DNA of 64,000 bases from Spirochaetia bacterium (GTDB lineage Bacteria > Spirochaetota > Spirochaetia > CADAEX01). The notes under the pieces were generated by a model. The model made no database searches. It saw only the letters and a program-made list of their open reading frames with translations, and was not told where the DNA came from. Position numbers and translations under genes: made by a program. The DNA lies in the NCBI GenBank assembly GCA_963662795.1, contig OY759746.1, forward strand, positions 3,552,001 to 3,616,000. Reading direction: 5' to 3'. Shown here piece after piece: positions 19,174 to 29,648 of this stretch; the first letter of the stretch is position 1; every line of letters begins with the position of its first letter.

Positions 19174-20013
19174 ATGCCTACAATTTATGAACCAAAAAAC
19201 CTGAATTCCCTGCTGAATATAATTAAAAGACATCCGTATTCCATAATTTTTTCCGGCGGCCTTGAGACAGTTCTATCATCAAACGCACGAATCCCTTTAC
19301 TGCCTGACAATATTGTCTATATAGGGAAAATAGAGGAACTCCAGAAAATGAAGCGGTCTGAAAGATATCTTGAAATCGGCTGCGGGACAAGAATAAGTCA
19401 CATCATTGATAAAGGAAAAAATATTATACCGATAATTCTTCTGGAAGCACTAAAAAAAATTACACCTCCAAATTTAAAAAACATATTGACTATCGGCGGA
19501 TTGCTGTGTTCAAAAATTGAAAGAAACAGTGTCTTTGCCGTTTTATGTATTCTTGATGCCGCACTTGAAATCAGATCAGCAGGCTCATCCAGATGGATTA
19601 ATACAAGTCAGCTTTTCAACGGAGATGTTATTGATATTGCGCCTGACGAAATACTCACTAAAATAAGGCTGTTTCTGGGTGACTATGATATAAACATACA
19701 CCGGGAAATTGACAATGATTTCAGTGACAACGGGAATTTGATCACATTTTCAGCAATAGCAAAGATCACCAAAGGTAATATCAGTTTATTGAAATTCATT
19801 TTCAGCATATCAGATCAATTTATAATAAGGAACAAGGAAATAGAGGCGGAACTTACCGGGCAGAACCTTCCGGTAACAGATAAATCTTTTGCCGTTTCAG
19901 TTGCTCATTTTTCTGATGAACTCTCAAAAAAATATACGTCGATAAGCCCGTACAGGCAGGATATAATAAAAAATGTGTTCTCCTGGTTTCTTGATGAACT
20001 CAACTATTATTGA
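19174..20013 (+). CDS. XDH/CoxM family FAD-binding subunit (divergent)
   Basis: SGG, LEIGCG, LKNILTIGG, LDAALEI, DEILTKI; follows the other two XDH-like subunits. Confidence 0.75.
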   Translation: MPTIYEPKNLNSLLNIIKRHPYSIIFSGGLETVLSSNARIPLLPDNIVYIGKIEELQKMKRSERYLEIGCGTRISHIIDKGKNIIPIILLEALKKITPPNLKNILTIGGLLCSKIERNSVFAVLCILDAALEIRSAGSSRWINTSQLFNGDVIDIAPDEILTKIRLFLGDYDINIHREIDNDFSDNGNLITFSAIAKITKGNISLLKFIFSISDQFIIRNKEIEAELTGQNLPVTDKSFAVSVAHFSDELSKKYTSISPYRQDIIKNVFSWFLDELNYY

Positions 20014-20030
20014 ATTTAATAATTGTTATA

Positions 20031-21911
20031 CTAACTTAAAAAAATCAATGACAACTGAGGTACAAATGTTATTATCAGTACCGCAAAAAGCATTATTATA
20101 AAAAAAGGTATTATTGACATATAAACATCCTCAAGAGGCTGCTCAAATCTGTAGCTGGCAAGAAAAAGATTAAGCCCTACAGGCGGAGTAAGATAACCGA
20201 GCTCAAGATTTGCCAGAAATATAATACCGAGGTGAACAGGATTTATACCGTATATTTCTCCAAGAGGCACAATTAGCGGAACAACAACAATGATTGCTGA
20301 AAAAATATCCATAAGACAGCCGGTTAATAATAATATTATATTAAGAAGTATTAAAAAAACAATTTTTGAAGTTATACGTGCTGCAATCCATTCGCTTAAC
20401 CGCTGGGGAATCATTTCATCGATCATGTAAAAAGAGAGCGCTTTGGACATTCCAAGAATGATAAGTATTCCCCCTATTACCGGGACACTTTTTTTCACAA
20501 CGATAATCAACTTGGCGAAATTGAGATTTTTATAAAAAACTGTTTCAATAAAAAGTACATAAATTACTGCTACTGCGCCGGTTTCAACTATTGTCGTAAG
20601 ACCGGAAAAATAACTGACAAGTATAATCAATGGAAGAAGAAGTTCCCAGAATGTATTTTTCATGCTCCTGATTATTTCAACAGGTGAAAATACCTCAGTT
20701 TTGATTTTGTGCTTTCTGGTGTAAACTATTCCGGCTGCAGAGAGAGAAACAACAAGCAAAACTCCCGGAAGTATCCCTGCTATAAAAAGGTTTTTTATAT
20801 CAATATTTGAAATTATACCGTAAAGTATAATCGGCAGACTTGGGGGGAATAAAAGCCCGATACTTCCCGAGGAAGTCAGAATACCTGTGCGGAATTTAGT
20901 GTCAACTCCGTATTTCTCAAGAATCATAAAGAGTATTCCGCCGAGAGCCAGAATTGTTACACCTGACGCCCCGGTAAATGTTGTAAAAAAGGCTGAAATC
21001 ATAACTACAGCAATAATGATACCGCCGGGAAACCAGCCGAAAGCTTTCTTGAAAAACTCTATCATCCTTTCCCCTGCTCTGCTCTCCGAAAGGATAAACC
21101 CGGTAATTGTAAATAACGGAATTGCCGGAATCATGTTTCCTGTAAGTACAGCGTACATTTCATTGACAGCAATCTCTGTATATCCGCCGGAAACAGAAAG
21201 AAGAATATATGTAATTCCGCCGAGAACAATAAAAATGGGGGTTCCAAGAACACCTGAGATAATTATCAGAAAAATCACAGGAAGTTTAAGGACTGTAAGA
21301 ATTAATATGGATTTGTCAAAAAGTATATCGATAAATTCGGGCGGGTTGTCGAACTGGATATGCATGAAATTAGTTACGGAAGATATACTTAAAAATATTC
21401 CTGCCAATAAGGAAATAAATAAAATAATAAACCCTGACTTGCCTGACAAAGCGTTGTCACTTTTAAATATTTCTGATGATTCCCTGAAAATCATTCCTGC
21501 GAGGCAAACTGGAATTATTGCAGTCAGGAATCTTGTGCTTATAATACCGGTTTTCTCATCTGCATCAAAAACTATAAAAATAAATGAGATGGATGCGGCT
21601 AAAAAGGCAGTAAGTATTGATATAACGATAATTTTAGAAACCGCGTATACTGCAGGCTTGTATTTTGAAGGAAGATATTTTTTCCCGGCTTCAATTGACA
21701 GATGATTGTCAGCTGCTGTGGCAAGGTAAGCGCCGGTAAAAGCTATCCATAAAACTATATACCTTGTAATAGAATAGGAAGCTGTAACACCTGTATTCAA
21801 AAATAACCGGACCAATATTTCAAGTGTCGGGACTGCTGCCAGAAGCAGTACAAGAACTGTGGATATTAAAATCAGGATATCATCACTTTTTTTATTTTTG
21901 TCTGTATTCAT
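20031..21911 (-). CDS. TRAP transporter fused small/large permease (DctQM/TatQM)
   Basis: Highly hydrophobic 626 aa; AIPLF, GLLFPPSLP, GYLTPPVGLNLF motifs. Confidence 0.9.
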   Translation of the reverse strand: MNTDKNKKSDDILILISTVLVLLLAAVPTLEILVRLFLNTGVTASYSITRYIVLWIAFTGAYLATAADNHLSIEAGKKYLPSKYKPAVYAVSKIIVISILTAFLAASISFIFIVFDADEKTGIISTRFLTAIIPVCLAGMIFRESSEIFKSDNALSGKSGFIILFISLLAGIFLSISSVTNFMHIQFDNPPEFIDILFDKSILILTVLKLPVIFLIIISGVLGTPIFIVLGGITYILLSVSGGYTEIAVNEMYAVLTGNMIPAIPLFTITGFILSESRAGERMIEFFKKAFGWFPGGIIIAVVMISAFFTTFTGASGVTILALGGILFMILEKYGVDTKFRTGILTSSGSIGLLFPPSLPIILYGIISNIDIKNLFIAGILPGVLLVVSLSAAGIVYTRKHKIKTEVFSPVEIIRSMKNTFWELLLPLIILVSYFSGLTTIVETGAVAVIYVLFIETVFYKNLNFAKLIIVVKKSVPVIGGILIILGMSKALSFYMIDEMIPQRLSEWIAARITSKIVFLILLNIILLLTGCLMDIFSAIIVVVPLIVPLGEIYGINPVHLGIIFLANLELGYLTPPVGLNLFLASYRFEQPLEDVYMSIIPFFIIMLFAVLIITFVPQLSLIFLS

Positions 21912-22872
21912 TTATATACTTTTTTATTTCTGTAAAAAGAGATGTACTGATGGATTCGTCAACAAACAGTTTGACTCCATCTTCAACAATTTTCTCCCAT
22001 GCTTTTACAGCTTCCGGTGTTACCGGTACAGATACAAGTCCTTTCTGCTTCATCACATCAAGTCCTTCATTTTCAATAACAGTAATTTTCCCGTAAAACT
22101 GATTCAGTATTTCACCGGTTCTTTTAATCAGAAGCGGTTTATAGCTGTCCTTAACCTTTCTCCACGTTCTGTCGCTTATTGTAAGCAATCCGTAAACAGG
22201 CGCAATCTCTAAATCAAGCATAAATGGAGTATACTCCGCAAGGCCCATAGCGTTTGCCGCATAGGGGGTTATATAAGTCCCTTCAGCCATACCGCTGTAT
22301 ATACCTGACATAAGATCAGAAAGAGAAAGCGGAATAACTTTGAAACCAATATTCTGCCAAATCTGAATTATCTTATCATCAGTATTATCAACTGCAAGTT
22401 TAATCTGCTTCAGATCATCAGGATATAATACTTTTGATTTTGTAAACCATTTAACCCATCCTGTCATTGTCCAGCCAAGAGGGACAAAACCATTTTCTTC
22501 AAGTTTTTTATCAAACTGCGGTTTTATCTTTTCAAAAACATATTCGAATTCCTTATCATCCTTTACAAGCATGGGAATGCTTAAAGCGAAAAGATCATTT
22601 GATATACTTTTAATCCCCTGTGAAGTAAGCGCGGCAGCATTAAGTCTTCCCAGTTTGATTTTTCTGATAATATCTTCTTCATCTCCGACTGTTCCGCCTG
22701 AATATATTTTAACCGAAATTTCGCCGCCTGATATCCTTGTCCATTCAGATGCAATTTCCTTGAGCGTTGTCTCCCAGGCAGAACCTGCCGGCGCAACTGT
22801 TCCTATCTTTATTTCCTGAGCAAAAGCAGCTGTTGAAATGAATACAAATAAAATAATAAATATCTTTTTCAT
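21892..22872 (-). CDS. TRAP substrate-binding protein (DctP/TatP)
   Basis: IKIGTVAPAGSAW, GDEEDIIRKIKLG; lies between tatT and the permease. Confidence 0.88.
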   Translation of the reverse strand: MKKIFIILFVFISTAAFAQEIKIGTVAPAGSAWETTLKEIASEWTRISGGEISVKIYSGGTVGDEEDIIRKIKLGRLNAAALTSQGIKSISNDLFALSIPMLVKDDKEFEYVFEKIKPQFDKKLEENGFVPLGWTMTGWVKWFTKSKVLYPDDLKQIKLAVDNTDDKIIQIWQNIGFKVIPLSLSDLMSGIYSGMAEGTYITPYAANAMGLAEYTPFMLDLEIAPVYGLLTISDRTWRKVKDSYKPLLIKRTGEILNQFYGKITVIENEGLDVMKQKGLVSVPVTPEAVKAWEKIVEDGVKLFVDESISTSLFTEIKKYINEYRQK

Positions 22873-22898
22873 AATACCCCGCAGTAAAATGCCTGAAA

Positions 22899-23837
22899 CT
22901 AATCTACAAGAAAAAAATTATCAATATTTTCCAGATACCAGGCAGCCTTTTGTTTCATTATCGTATTTTCAAGCCTGTTCTCAGGATAACTGTCAATATC
23001 AAGTTTCAATGCAGTTTCAAGCATTTTCCTAAATTCTTCAAGACCTTCCCTGGACTGATTTTTAACACTTACTGATGATGCATAAGCAATATATGGAGAA
23101 ACCCGGCTCCCTTCTGATAACTTCAAGGCTTTTTTAAAGTGATATTCCGCCTTTTCAAGGCTTCCTCCCATTGATTCAGGTATGGAAGCATAATAACGCA
23201 GAAAATATTCATGAAGCGCACCGCGTCCCATATCAGGGTCAAGGCTGTATGCTCTGAACATAAGATCTATTGCAGTGTTCCGTAAAGGAGCCAGATGCGG
23301 ATCAGTCAAATCTATTGTAATTGCGCTCATAAGACCGGCGCCGAGCCAGTAAAGGGAATCAACATCGCTTTCTTCATAATCTGTTTCAATACTTTTTTTG
23401 TCAGAAAGATCAATTTTGATTTTATGCTTTAATTCAAGTGATTCTTTCAGGTAGTTGCAACCCCTTATATACATTTTTTTTGCCCGGTCATACATTTCCG
23501 ACTGCTTTTTCCATTCAGTATAATCAAGCATATCGGCAGGTGTCTGTATGAAAAGGTTTGAATATATAATAAAAAGTTTACCGGCAGAAGCTTTAAGTTC
23601 AGGGTTATCCGGATCATTAATAATCAGCATCTCGTTGATTTTCAAAAGAAGAGGAAGCGCGTCCCCGACAAGCCGGGGATCATCATCTGCTGTAAAAACA
23701 GCTTCTCCCCCCCCGGAAAAAGATTTTGAAACAGCTTTTACCGCCATTTTGTTAATTGAACAGGAATTTAAAAAAACCAAGGCACCAATCACATAAAAAA
23801 GAAAAATAATTTTTTTTATTTTAAAAAGGTCTTTCAT
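22899..23837 (-). CDS. TPAT system TatT (TPR-like) lipoprotein
   Basis: Lipobox FLNSC, DDDPRLVGDALP, GGSLEKAEYHFKKAL; arrangement matches the TPAT operon of Treponema pallidum (recalled). Confidence 0.82.
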   Translation of the reverse strand: MKDLFKIKKIIFLFYVIGALVFLNSCSINKMAVKAVSKSFSGGGEAVFTADDDPRLVGDALPLLLKINEMLIINDPDNPELKASAGKLFIIYSNLFIQTPADMLDYTEWKKQSEMYDRAKKMYIRGCNYLKESLELKHKIKIDLSDKKSIETDYEESDVDSLYWLGAGLMSAITIDLTDPHLAPLRNTAIDLMFRAYSLDPDMGRGALHEYFLRYYASIPESMGGSLEKAEYHFKKALKLSEGSRVSPYIAYASSVSVKNQSREGLEEFRKMLETALKLDIDSYPENRLENTIMKQKAAWYLENIDNFFLVD

Positions 23838-24325
23838 TCAATAGCTTCCTTAAAATCAGGGAAACTTCCCTTATATAGTTTAATCCGTTTTGTGAGAAGT
23901 GAGTCAAAAGTATTTGCGAAATTTTGTATATCTTTTAAGCTGAAACTGGTCTCTTCATTGATTTTAAGCCCTGATTCTCTCATTACAAGCATAATATTGC
24001 GGATTGAAAGTCGCTCCCCTATATTCTCTCTGGTATAAGCAGAACCCCTGTCGTTAATTACACTGACATTTCGCTGCACAAGCTCATGGGCAAGTGGAAT
24101 ATCCCTTGTAATAACAATATCAAATTCACCTGCAAATTCAAGTATATAATTATCTGCGCTGTCAGGGCCTTCTTCAACAATAACATCTGTTATAATACCT
24201 GATTTTCTATGAGGTATTTTCCTGTTCGCAACAAGAACAAGAGGCGTTGAAGTCCTTATTGCCGCATTCTCAATTATCTCTCTTATTTTAACGGGACACG
24301 AATCAGCATCAATCCATATTTTCAT
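23834..24325 (-). CDS. YaiI/YqxD family protein
   Basis: IWIDADSCP, DSADNYI, VITRDIPLA. Confidence 0.9.
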   Translation of the reverse strand: MKIWIDADSCPVKIREIIENAAIRTSTPLVLVANRKIPHRKSGIITDVIVEEGPDSADNYILEFAGEFDIVITRDIPLAHELVQRNVSVINDRGSAYTRENIGERLSIRNIMLVMRESGLKINEETSFSLKDIQNFANTFDSLLTKRIKLYKGSFPDFKEAIE

Positions 24326-25581
24326 ATATTTACCGATGCCCTGTAAAGACAGCCTTTACCTTTTATAGTATAATTATCTGTACAGGCAGGGATCAGGAAA
24401 CTGTCTCCGTTATTAAACAGGTATGCCTGTTCTTTATCAGCTGTTTTAACACTGCACTGCTCTCCTGTAAAGAAAAAAAGTTCAATACTTTTCTCTGAAC
24501 CGCTGCTGGTAAAATTCCCGGACTCAAGTGAAATTACAGAAAAAACAAATTCATCCGCAGGTGTTACAAATATTGTTTCAGTATGCGATTTATAAGGTCT
24601 CAGTGTTTCAGTATCTGATGGTGAAAATTCCGTTATTTCAAGAAGCAGACTGGTATCGACATGTTTTTTTGTAAGGCCTCCCCTTATAACATTATCGGAA
24701 CTTGCCATTACCTCAAACCCGGTACCTTTAATGTAGGCATGGAGTTCTCCTGCCGGAATAAAAAGAGCCTCTCCGGGACGCAGTTCCATTAAATTCAGGA
24801 AAAGAGGAGACAGCACTCCACAGTCATAACCATAAATTTCAAACAATAAATTTATTGCTTTTTCAATTGGTCCGTTACTTTCAGTGCACTTTTGCAGAGT
24901 CTGGTCAATCATTTTTTTAAGTGCAGTTTTATCTGAAAGCAAAAGTACTGCGAAAAGGTCCCTGACGCTGTCCGGGCTGCTGATTCCGGAGGTATTGGTA
25001 AGGAAGTTCTGTTTACCGCATCTCTTTCCGCTCTTATCTTTTTCTCTTTCACCCAATAATGGGGCGTATTTTTCTACATCTCTGCAGATATCTTCACCAT
25101 TTCTAAAACCTTTCATAAGGGAAAAGTCAGTGAGGGCATAAATAAGTTCCGGCTTATGATTGCGGTCTTTATAGTTTCTGCTGCTGCTGTTTATATCTAT
25201 TTTTCTCTTTTCTTCGTCTGCAAAACCTTTTTCAGCCTCATATTTTGCCGGATGTACCTGTATTGATAAAGCTCTCTCAGCTGCAATAATCTTGAACAAA
25301 AAAGGAAGTTTCCCGCCGTATTTTTTACTGCACCTGCTTCCAAGTACTGAAGAGCTGTTTTTTTCTATGAATCGGGATATTCTGACAGCGTTTCCTTCTG
25401 AATCAATTACAGACCCTTCCCCTTTTGGGTGGCTTCCGATCCATAGCTCGGCGACAGGTTTACCTTCAAGCTCTTTATTCCCTGTTATTTTCTGTATGCT
25501 GTATGGTGAACCCCAGTCATAATCCTTAAGAACAGGAATAAATTTGAATACACGGCATAGAGAATTATCAATACTTTCCAT
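24322..25581 (-). CDS. manA: mannose-6-phosphate isomerase, class I
   Basis: YDWGS, AELWIGSHP, LSIQVHP, YKDRNHKPEL, HAY, SSDNVIRGGLT. Confidence 0.93.
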   Translation of the reverse strand: MESIDNSLCRVFKFIPVLKDYDWGSPYSIQKITGNKELEGKPVAELWIGSHPKGEGSVIDSEGNAVRISRFIEKNSSSVLGSRCSKKYGGKLPFLFKIIAAERALSIQVHPAKYEAEKGFADEEKRKIDINSSSRNYKDRNHKPELIYALTDFSLMKGFRNGEDICRDVEKYAPLLGEREKDKSGKRCGKQNFLTNTSGISSPDSVRDLFAVLLLSDKTALKKMIDQTLQKCTESNGPIEKAINLLFEIYGYDCGVLSPLFLNLMELRPGEALFIPAGELHAYIKGTGFEVMASSDNVIRGGLTKKHVDTSLLLEITEFSPSDTETLRPYKSHTETIFVTPADEFVFSVISLESGNFTSSGSEKSIELFFFTGEQCSVKTADKEQAYLFNNGDSFLIPACTDNYTIKGKGCLYRASVNI

Positions 25582-25658
25582 TTAAAAACCCCAATTTAAC
25601 ATTTACCTATTTTAACAATTATTTAATACTATGTATATTTTAAAAATCTAAGTATAAC

Positions 25659-25686
25659 TTGACTATACAGATATTCAATTTATAAT
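25659..25686 (+). promoter_or_regulatory. sigma70-type promoter of pfp
   Basis: TTGACT-N16-TATAAT followed by AGGAG RBS and TTG start at 25705. Confidence 0.6.
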
Positions 25687-25704
25687 GGGGAAAAGGAGAA
25701 AAAA

Positions 25705-27366
25705 TTGGAAAAAATTTCAACTTTAGACAAAAACAGAAGACATTACAATCCAAAACTACCGGATTGTCTAAAAGGGAATATTTCAGCTGTATCCTGCAAA
25801 GAAATGACTACGGATAAGGAACTTCCTGACAGCAGTGAACTTAAAAAGATTCTGCCGAATACTTTTGGTAAACAATATGTTCAGTTTGCAGCCGAAGGGG
25901 GAAATTGTTCAAAAAAACCTCTTAAAGCAGGTGTTGTCCTTTCAGGAGGACAGGCGCCCGGCGGACATAATGTTATAGCAGGGTTATTTGATTCACTTAA
26001 ACAAATCAGTGAAAAATCACAGCTTATAGGCTTTCTGGGCGGCCCGTCAGGCATTCTTGACAACAAGGCAATAGAGATAACAAAAGAACTGATTGATAAC
26101 TATAGAAATACAGGCGGATTTGATCTTATCGGGTCGGGAAGGACTAAAATTGAAACGCCGGAACAATTTGAAAAATCTCTGCTGGTCTGTCAGGAAAGAA
26201 ATCTCGATGCACTTGTAATTATCGGCGGCGATGACTCAAATACAAACGCAGCTCTGCTTGCTGAGTTTTTTGAGGAAAAAAAGTGCAGCACATTGGTGAT
26301 CGGAGTACCAAAAACCATAGACGGCGACCTTAAATGCGAATATATAGAATCTTCATTCGGATTTGATACAGCGGTAAAAACCTATTCCGAGCTGATAGGG
26401 AATATAGCAAGAGACTCCAAATCTGCAGGAAAATACTGGCATTTTATCAAACTTATGGGAAGGGCCGCTTCACACATCGCTCTTGAGTGTGCACTCCAGA
26501 CACAGCCGAACTGGGCGATAATTTCTGAAGAGGTTGAAACCAATAGACAGTCACTTGAAAGTATAATAAGCGATTTGGCATATATAATTGTCAGAAGAAG
26601 CAAAAACGGGGAGAATTTCGGTGTCGTCCTGATTCCGGAAGGACTGATTGAATTTATTCCCGAGGTAGGCATGCTTATCAGGGAGATAAACAAACTTCTT
26701 GGTGATAATGAACAGTATTTCACATTAATAAAAGTACTGGAAAAACAGTCTGAATGGCTAAGTGAAAAACTTACTGCCGAATCCGCAAAAGTTTTCAACA
26801 GCCTGCCTAAAAATATCCAGCAGCAGCTATTAATGGACAGAGACCCCCACGGGAATGTGCAGGTTTCAAGAATTGATACAGAAAAACTAATAATTCTTAT
26901 GGTTGAAGAAAAATTAAAAGAGCTTAAATCAAGCGGTGAATACAACGGTAAATTCAGCAGTCAGAGCCATTTCTTCGGTTATGAAGGAAGATGCGCCTTT
27001 CCGTCAAATTTTGACGCTGACTACTGCTATTCTCTCGGTTTTGCCGCCACCATATTGATATCAGAAGGGCTTACAGGATATATGACTTCCATAACCGGCC
27101 TGTCGAAACCAGTTTCGCAGTGGGTTCCGGGAGGAGTGCCTATTTCAATGCTGATGAACATGGAAGAAAGAAAAGGGAAAATGAAACCTGTAATAAAAAA
27201 AGCCCTTGTTGATATAGAAGGGGTACCCTTCAGAACCTTTTCAGCCAGCAGGGATGATTGGGCGATGAATACTTCCTTTATCTATCCTGGAGCAATCCAG
27301 TACTTTGGTCCTGATGAAGTCTGTAATACTACAACAATCACATTGAATCTTGAAAAAGGGAATTAA
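25705..27366 (+). CDS. pfp: pyrophosphate-dependent phosphofructokinase (long clade)
   Basis: SGGQAPGGHNV, GGDDSNT (PPi-type Asp), PKTIDGD, LMGR, GYEGR. Confidence 0.93.
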   Translation: MEKISTLDKNRRHYNPKLPDCLKGNISAVSCKEMTTDKELPDSSELKKILPNTFGKQYVQFAAEGGNCSKKPLKAGVVLSGGQAPGGHNVIAGLFDSLKQISEKSQLIGFLGGPSGILDNKAIEITKELIDNYRNTGGFDLIGSGRTKIETPEQFEKSLLVCQERNLDALVIIGGDDSNTNAALLAEFFEEKKCSTLVIGVPKTIDGDLKCEYIESSFGFDTAVKTYSELIGNIARDSKSAGKYWHFIKLMGRAASHIALECALQTQPNWAIISEEVETNRQSLESIISDLAYIIVRRSKNGENFGVVLIPEGLIEFIPEVGMLIREINKLLGDNEQYFTLIKVLEKQSEWLSEKLTAESAKVFNSLPKNIQQQLLMDRDPHGNVQVSRIDTEKLIILMVEEKLKELKSSGEYNGKFSSQSHFFGYEGRCAFPSNFDADYCYSLGFAATILISEGLTGYMTSITGLSKPVSQWVPGGVPISMLMNMEERKGKMKPVIKKALVDIEGVPFRTFSASRDDWAMNTSFIYPGAIQYFGPDEVCNTTTITLNLEKGN

Positions 27367-27372
27367 AAAAAG

Positions 27373-27861
27373 ATGCCGTCAGGATACGTGAGACCGACAT
27401 GGGATGACTACTTTCTTGAAGTGGCAAACGCCATTTCAAAACGTGCAACTTGTGACAGGGGCAGGAGCGGCTGTGTAATAGCCCGTGACAGGAGAATTCT
27501 TGTTACCGGCTATGTCGGCTCTCCTGCCGGCCTGCCTCACTGCGATGAAGTTGGCCATAAATTCAAAAAAACCGTACATGAAGATGGACATGTGACTCAG
27601 CATTGTGTAAGAACTGTACACGCGGAACAAAATGCGATCTGTCAGGCCGCAAAATTTGGTATACCTATAGAAGGGTCAACTCTTTACTGCAGAATGACAC
27701 CATGTACAACCTGTGCCATGCTTATTATCAACTGCGGAATTATCCGGGTAGTTTGTGAAAAAAGATACCATTCTGCAGAAGATTCTGAAAAACTTTTTGA
27801 AGAAGCAGGCACAATACTTGAATATAAGAGCCGCGATGTTCAGGAATACGAAAATCAGTAA
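27373..27861 (+). CDS. dCMP deaminase / ComEB family protein
   Basis: WDDYFL, HAEQNAI, PCTTC Zn-deaminase motifs. Confidence 0.9.
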   Translation: MPSGYVRPTWDDYFLEVANAISKRATCDRGRSGCVIARDRRILVTGYVGSPAGLPHCDEVGHKFKKTVHEDGHVTQHCVRTVHAEQNAICQAAKFGIPIEGSTLYCRMTPCTTCAMLIINCGIIRVVCEKRYHSAEDSEKLFEEAGTILEYKSRDVQEYENQ

Positions 27862-27875
27862 ATATCACCAGAACA

Positions 27876-28178
27876 TTACTGATCAATAACAATACTTCTT
27901 TTCTCCGGATCCTCTGACATCCTGTAAAATATGGCAGTATTGCCGATAATTCTGACAAGACAACTCTTCGTTCTGTCTGATATCTCTTCCGAAATTGATT
28001 TTTTTTCATCTTTAAGATTGACAAATTTTATTTTGATAAGCTCTTTTTTGGCAAGAAGTTCATCAACAGCAGTAAGAACCTGTTCGGTCATGCCGTTTTT
28101 ACCAACCCATATTACAGGTTTAAGTGTGTTTGATATTTTTGAAAGATTGTATCTGTCTTTACTGGTAAGTTCTTTCAT
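27876..28178 (-). CDS. yhbY: YhbY (CRM domain) RNA-binding protein
   Basis: LKPVIWVGKNG, ELIKIK, IGNTAIFYR. Confidence 0.9.
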   Translation of the reverse strand: MKELTSKDRYNLSKISNTLKPVIWVGKNGMTEQVLTAVDELLAKKELIKIKFVNLKDEKKSISEEISDRTKSCLVRIIGNTAIFYRMSEDPEKRSIVIDQ

Positions 28179-28267
28179 CTGGAACCTTTTTTTTGTTTTA
28201 TTTTTGGAAAAACCCTTTATAATAATAGTTAAATATCAAGCAACTATCAATCTTAAAGCGGTACAAA

Positions 28268-29590
28268 ATGAACATTATAATCGGGCATACAAATATGGAC
28301 CTTGACTGCATTGCATCAATAGTAATTGCATCCCGGCTGTTCCCTGACTACAAACCGGTCCGGAGCAGACTTATTCATCCTGTTGCCAAAAATCTGTTTA
28401 ACATGATGAAGAAAAATCTCAATTTTTCAACAATCAGCGAAGTTGAAAATGAACCAATAGAAAACATCATTATTGTTGATACAAGGTCGCTTCAGCGAAT
28501 AAGGGAATTCACATCTCTGCTTGATAAAGCAACAGGAACTCTGACTGTCTATGATCACCACCCTTCTGACAGCGATGATATCCCCGGGGCAGTAATAAAT
28601 TATAAAAACTGCGGATCAAACACAACCCACCTTTGTTCACATTTAATGAACAGAAAAATAAAACTCTCCCCGGAAGAGGCAACTATAGCCTTATCAGGTC
28701 TTTTCGCAGATACCGGCAATTTCACACATGAGAACACAACAGAACTTGATTTCACAGCAGCATCTGATCTTTTAAGCCAGGGAGCATCTATTCCGCTTGT
28801 AAGGCATTTTTTAAAAAACCTGAAAGAAGAACACCAGATAAATATTTTTCACGAGCTTTTAAACAGGCTTATATACAGAAGCATTCATGGACATGATCTG
28901 ATCCTGAGTTATATGGAAATTGACGATCAGATACAGGGGCTATCTGCCGTCGTAGAAAAAATATTTGATGTAGAAAATCAGGATGCTTATTTTGCTGTTT
29001 TCTACCTGCCTAAAAAAAATAATACATTGATTATTGCCCGCAGCCAGAAGGAATCCATAGACCTCTCACATATCCTCTCTTTTTTTGGCGGCGGCGGACA
29101 TAAAATGGCTTCTTCCGCAACAATAAAGAATTCTGACGGGAATTCTATCTATAATGAACTGACAGCGCTCCTTGAAAAAACACTTATCTCTGCCAAAACT
29201 GCATCAGATTTGATGTCAAAAAATGTCAGGACAATAAATGAAAACATCAAACTTCTTGATGCTTCCATACTTCTTGAGGAAATAAACTGCACCGGTGCAC
29301 CAGTAATTGACGACAATGGAAGGTTGACAGGTTTTCTTACGCTAAGGGATATAATGAAAGGGAGAAAATCCCAGCAGATGCATGCCCCGGTAAAGGCATA
29401 TATGGCAAAAAATGTTGTTTCTGTTGACAGCTCATTTACGCTAAACGAGATACAGAAATTACTGTACAAGAAAAATATAGGGCATTTGCCTGTTATGGAT
29501 AACAATCAAATCAAGGGTATAATAACAAGAACAGATATTCTGCACCACCTTAATGCAGTAAGTCAGTTAAAATCAGCTGCGGTTGTTTGA
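28268..29590 (+). CDS. DHH/DHHA1 phosphoesterase with C-terminal CBS pair
   Basis: GHTNMDLD, VDT, YDHH, DTGNF, GGGGH motifs followed by two CBS repeats. Confidence 0.85.
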   Translation: MNIIIGHTNMDLDCIASIVIASRLFPDYKPVRSRLIHPVAKNLFNMMKKNLNFSTISEVENEPIENIIIVDTRSLQRIREFTSLLDKATGTLTVYDHHPSDSDDIPGAVINYKNCGSNTTHLCSHLMNRKIKLSPEEATIALSGLFADTGNFTHENTTELDFTAASDLLSQGASIPLVRHFLKNLKEEHQINIFHELLNRLIYRSIHGHDLILSYMEIDDQIQGLSAVVEKIFDVENQDAYFAVFYLPKKNNTLIIARSQKESIDLSHILSFFGGGGHKMASSATIKNSDGNSIYNELTALLEKTLISAKTASDLMSKNVRTINENIKLLDASILLEEINCTGAPVIDDNGRLTGFLTLRDIMKGRKSQQMHAPVKAYMAKNVVSVDSSFTLNEIQKLLYKKNIGHLPVMDNNQIKGIITRTDILHHLNAVSQLKSAAVV

Positions 29591-29648
29591 TTTTATTATA
29601 GCCGGCTTTGAGTTCGCTGAATAGAAACCGGCGATTAAACAGGATTTC

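Noticed and set aside
23707-23714. C8 homopolymer in tatT as a phase-variation tract
   Set aside because: Short, in frame, and simply encodes a Gly run
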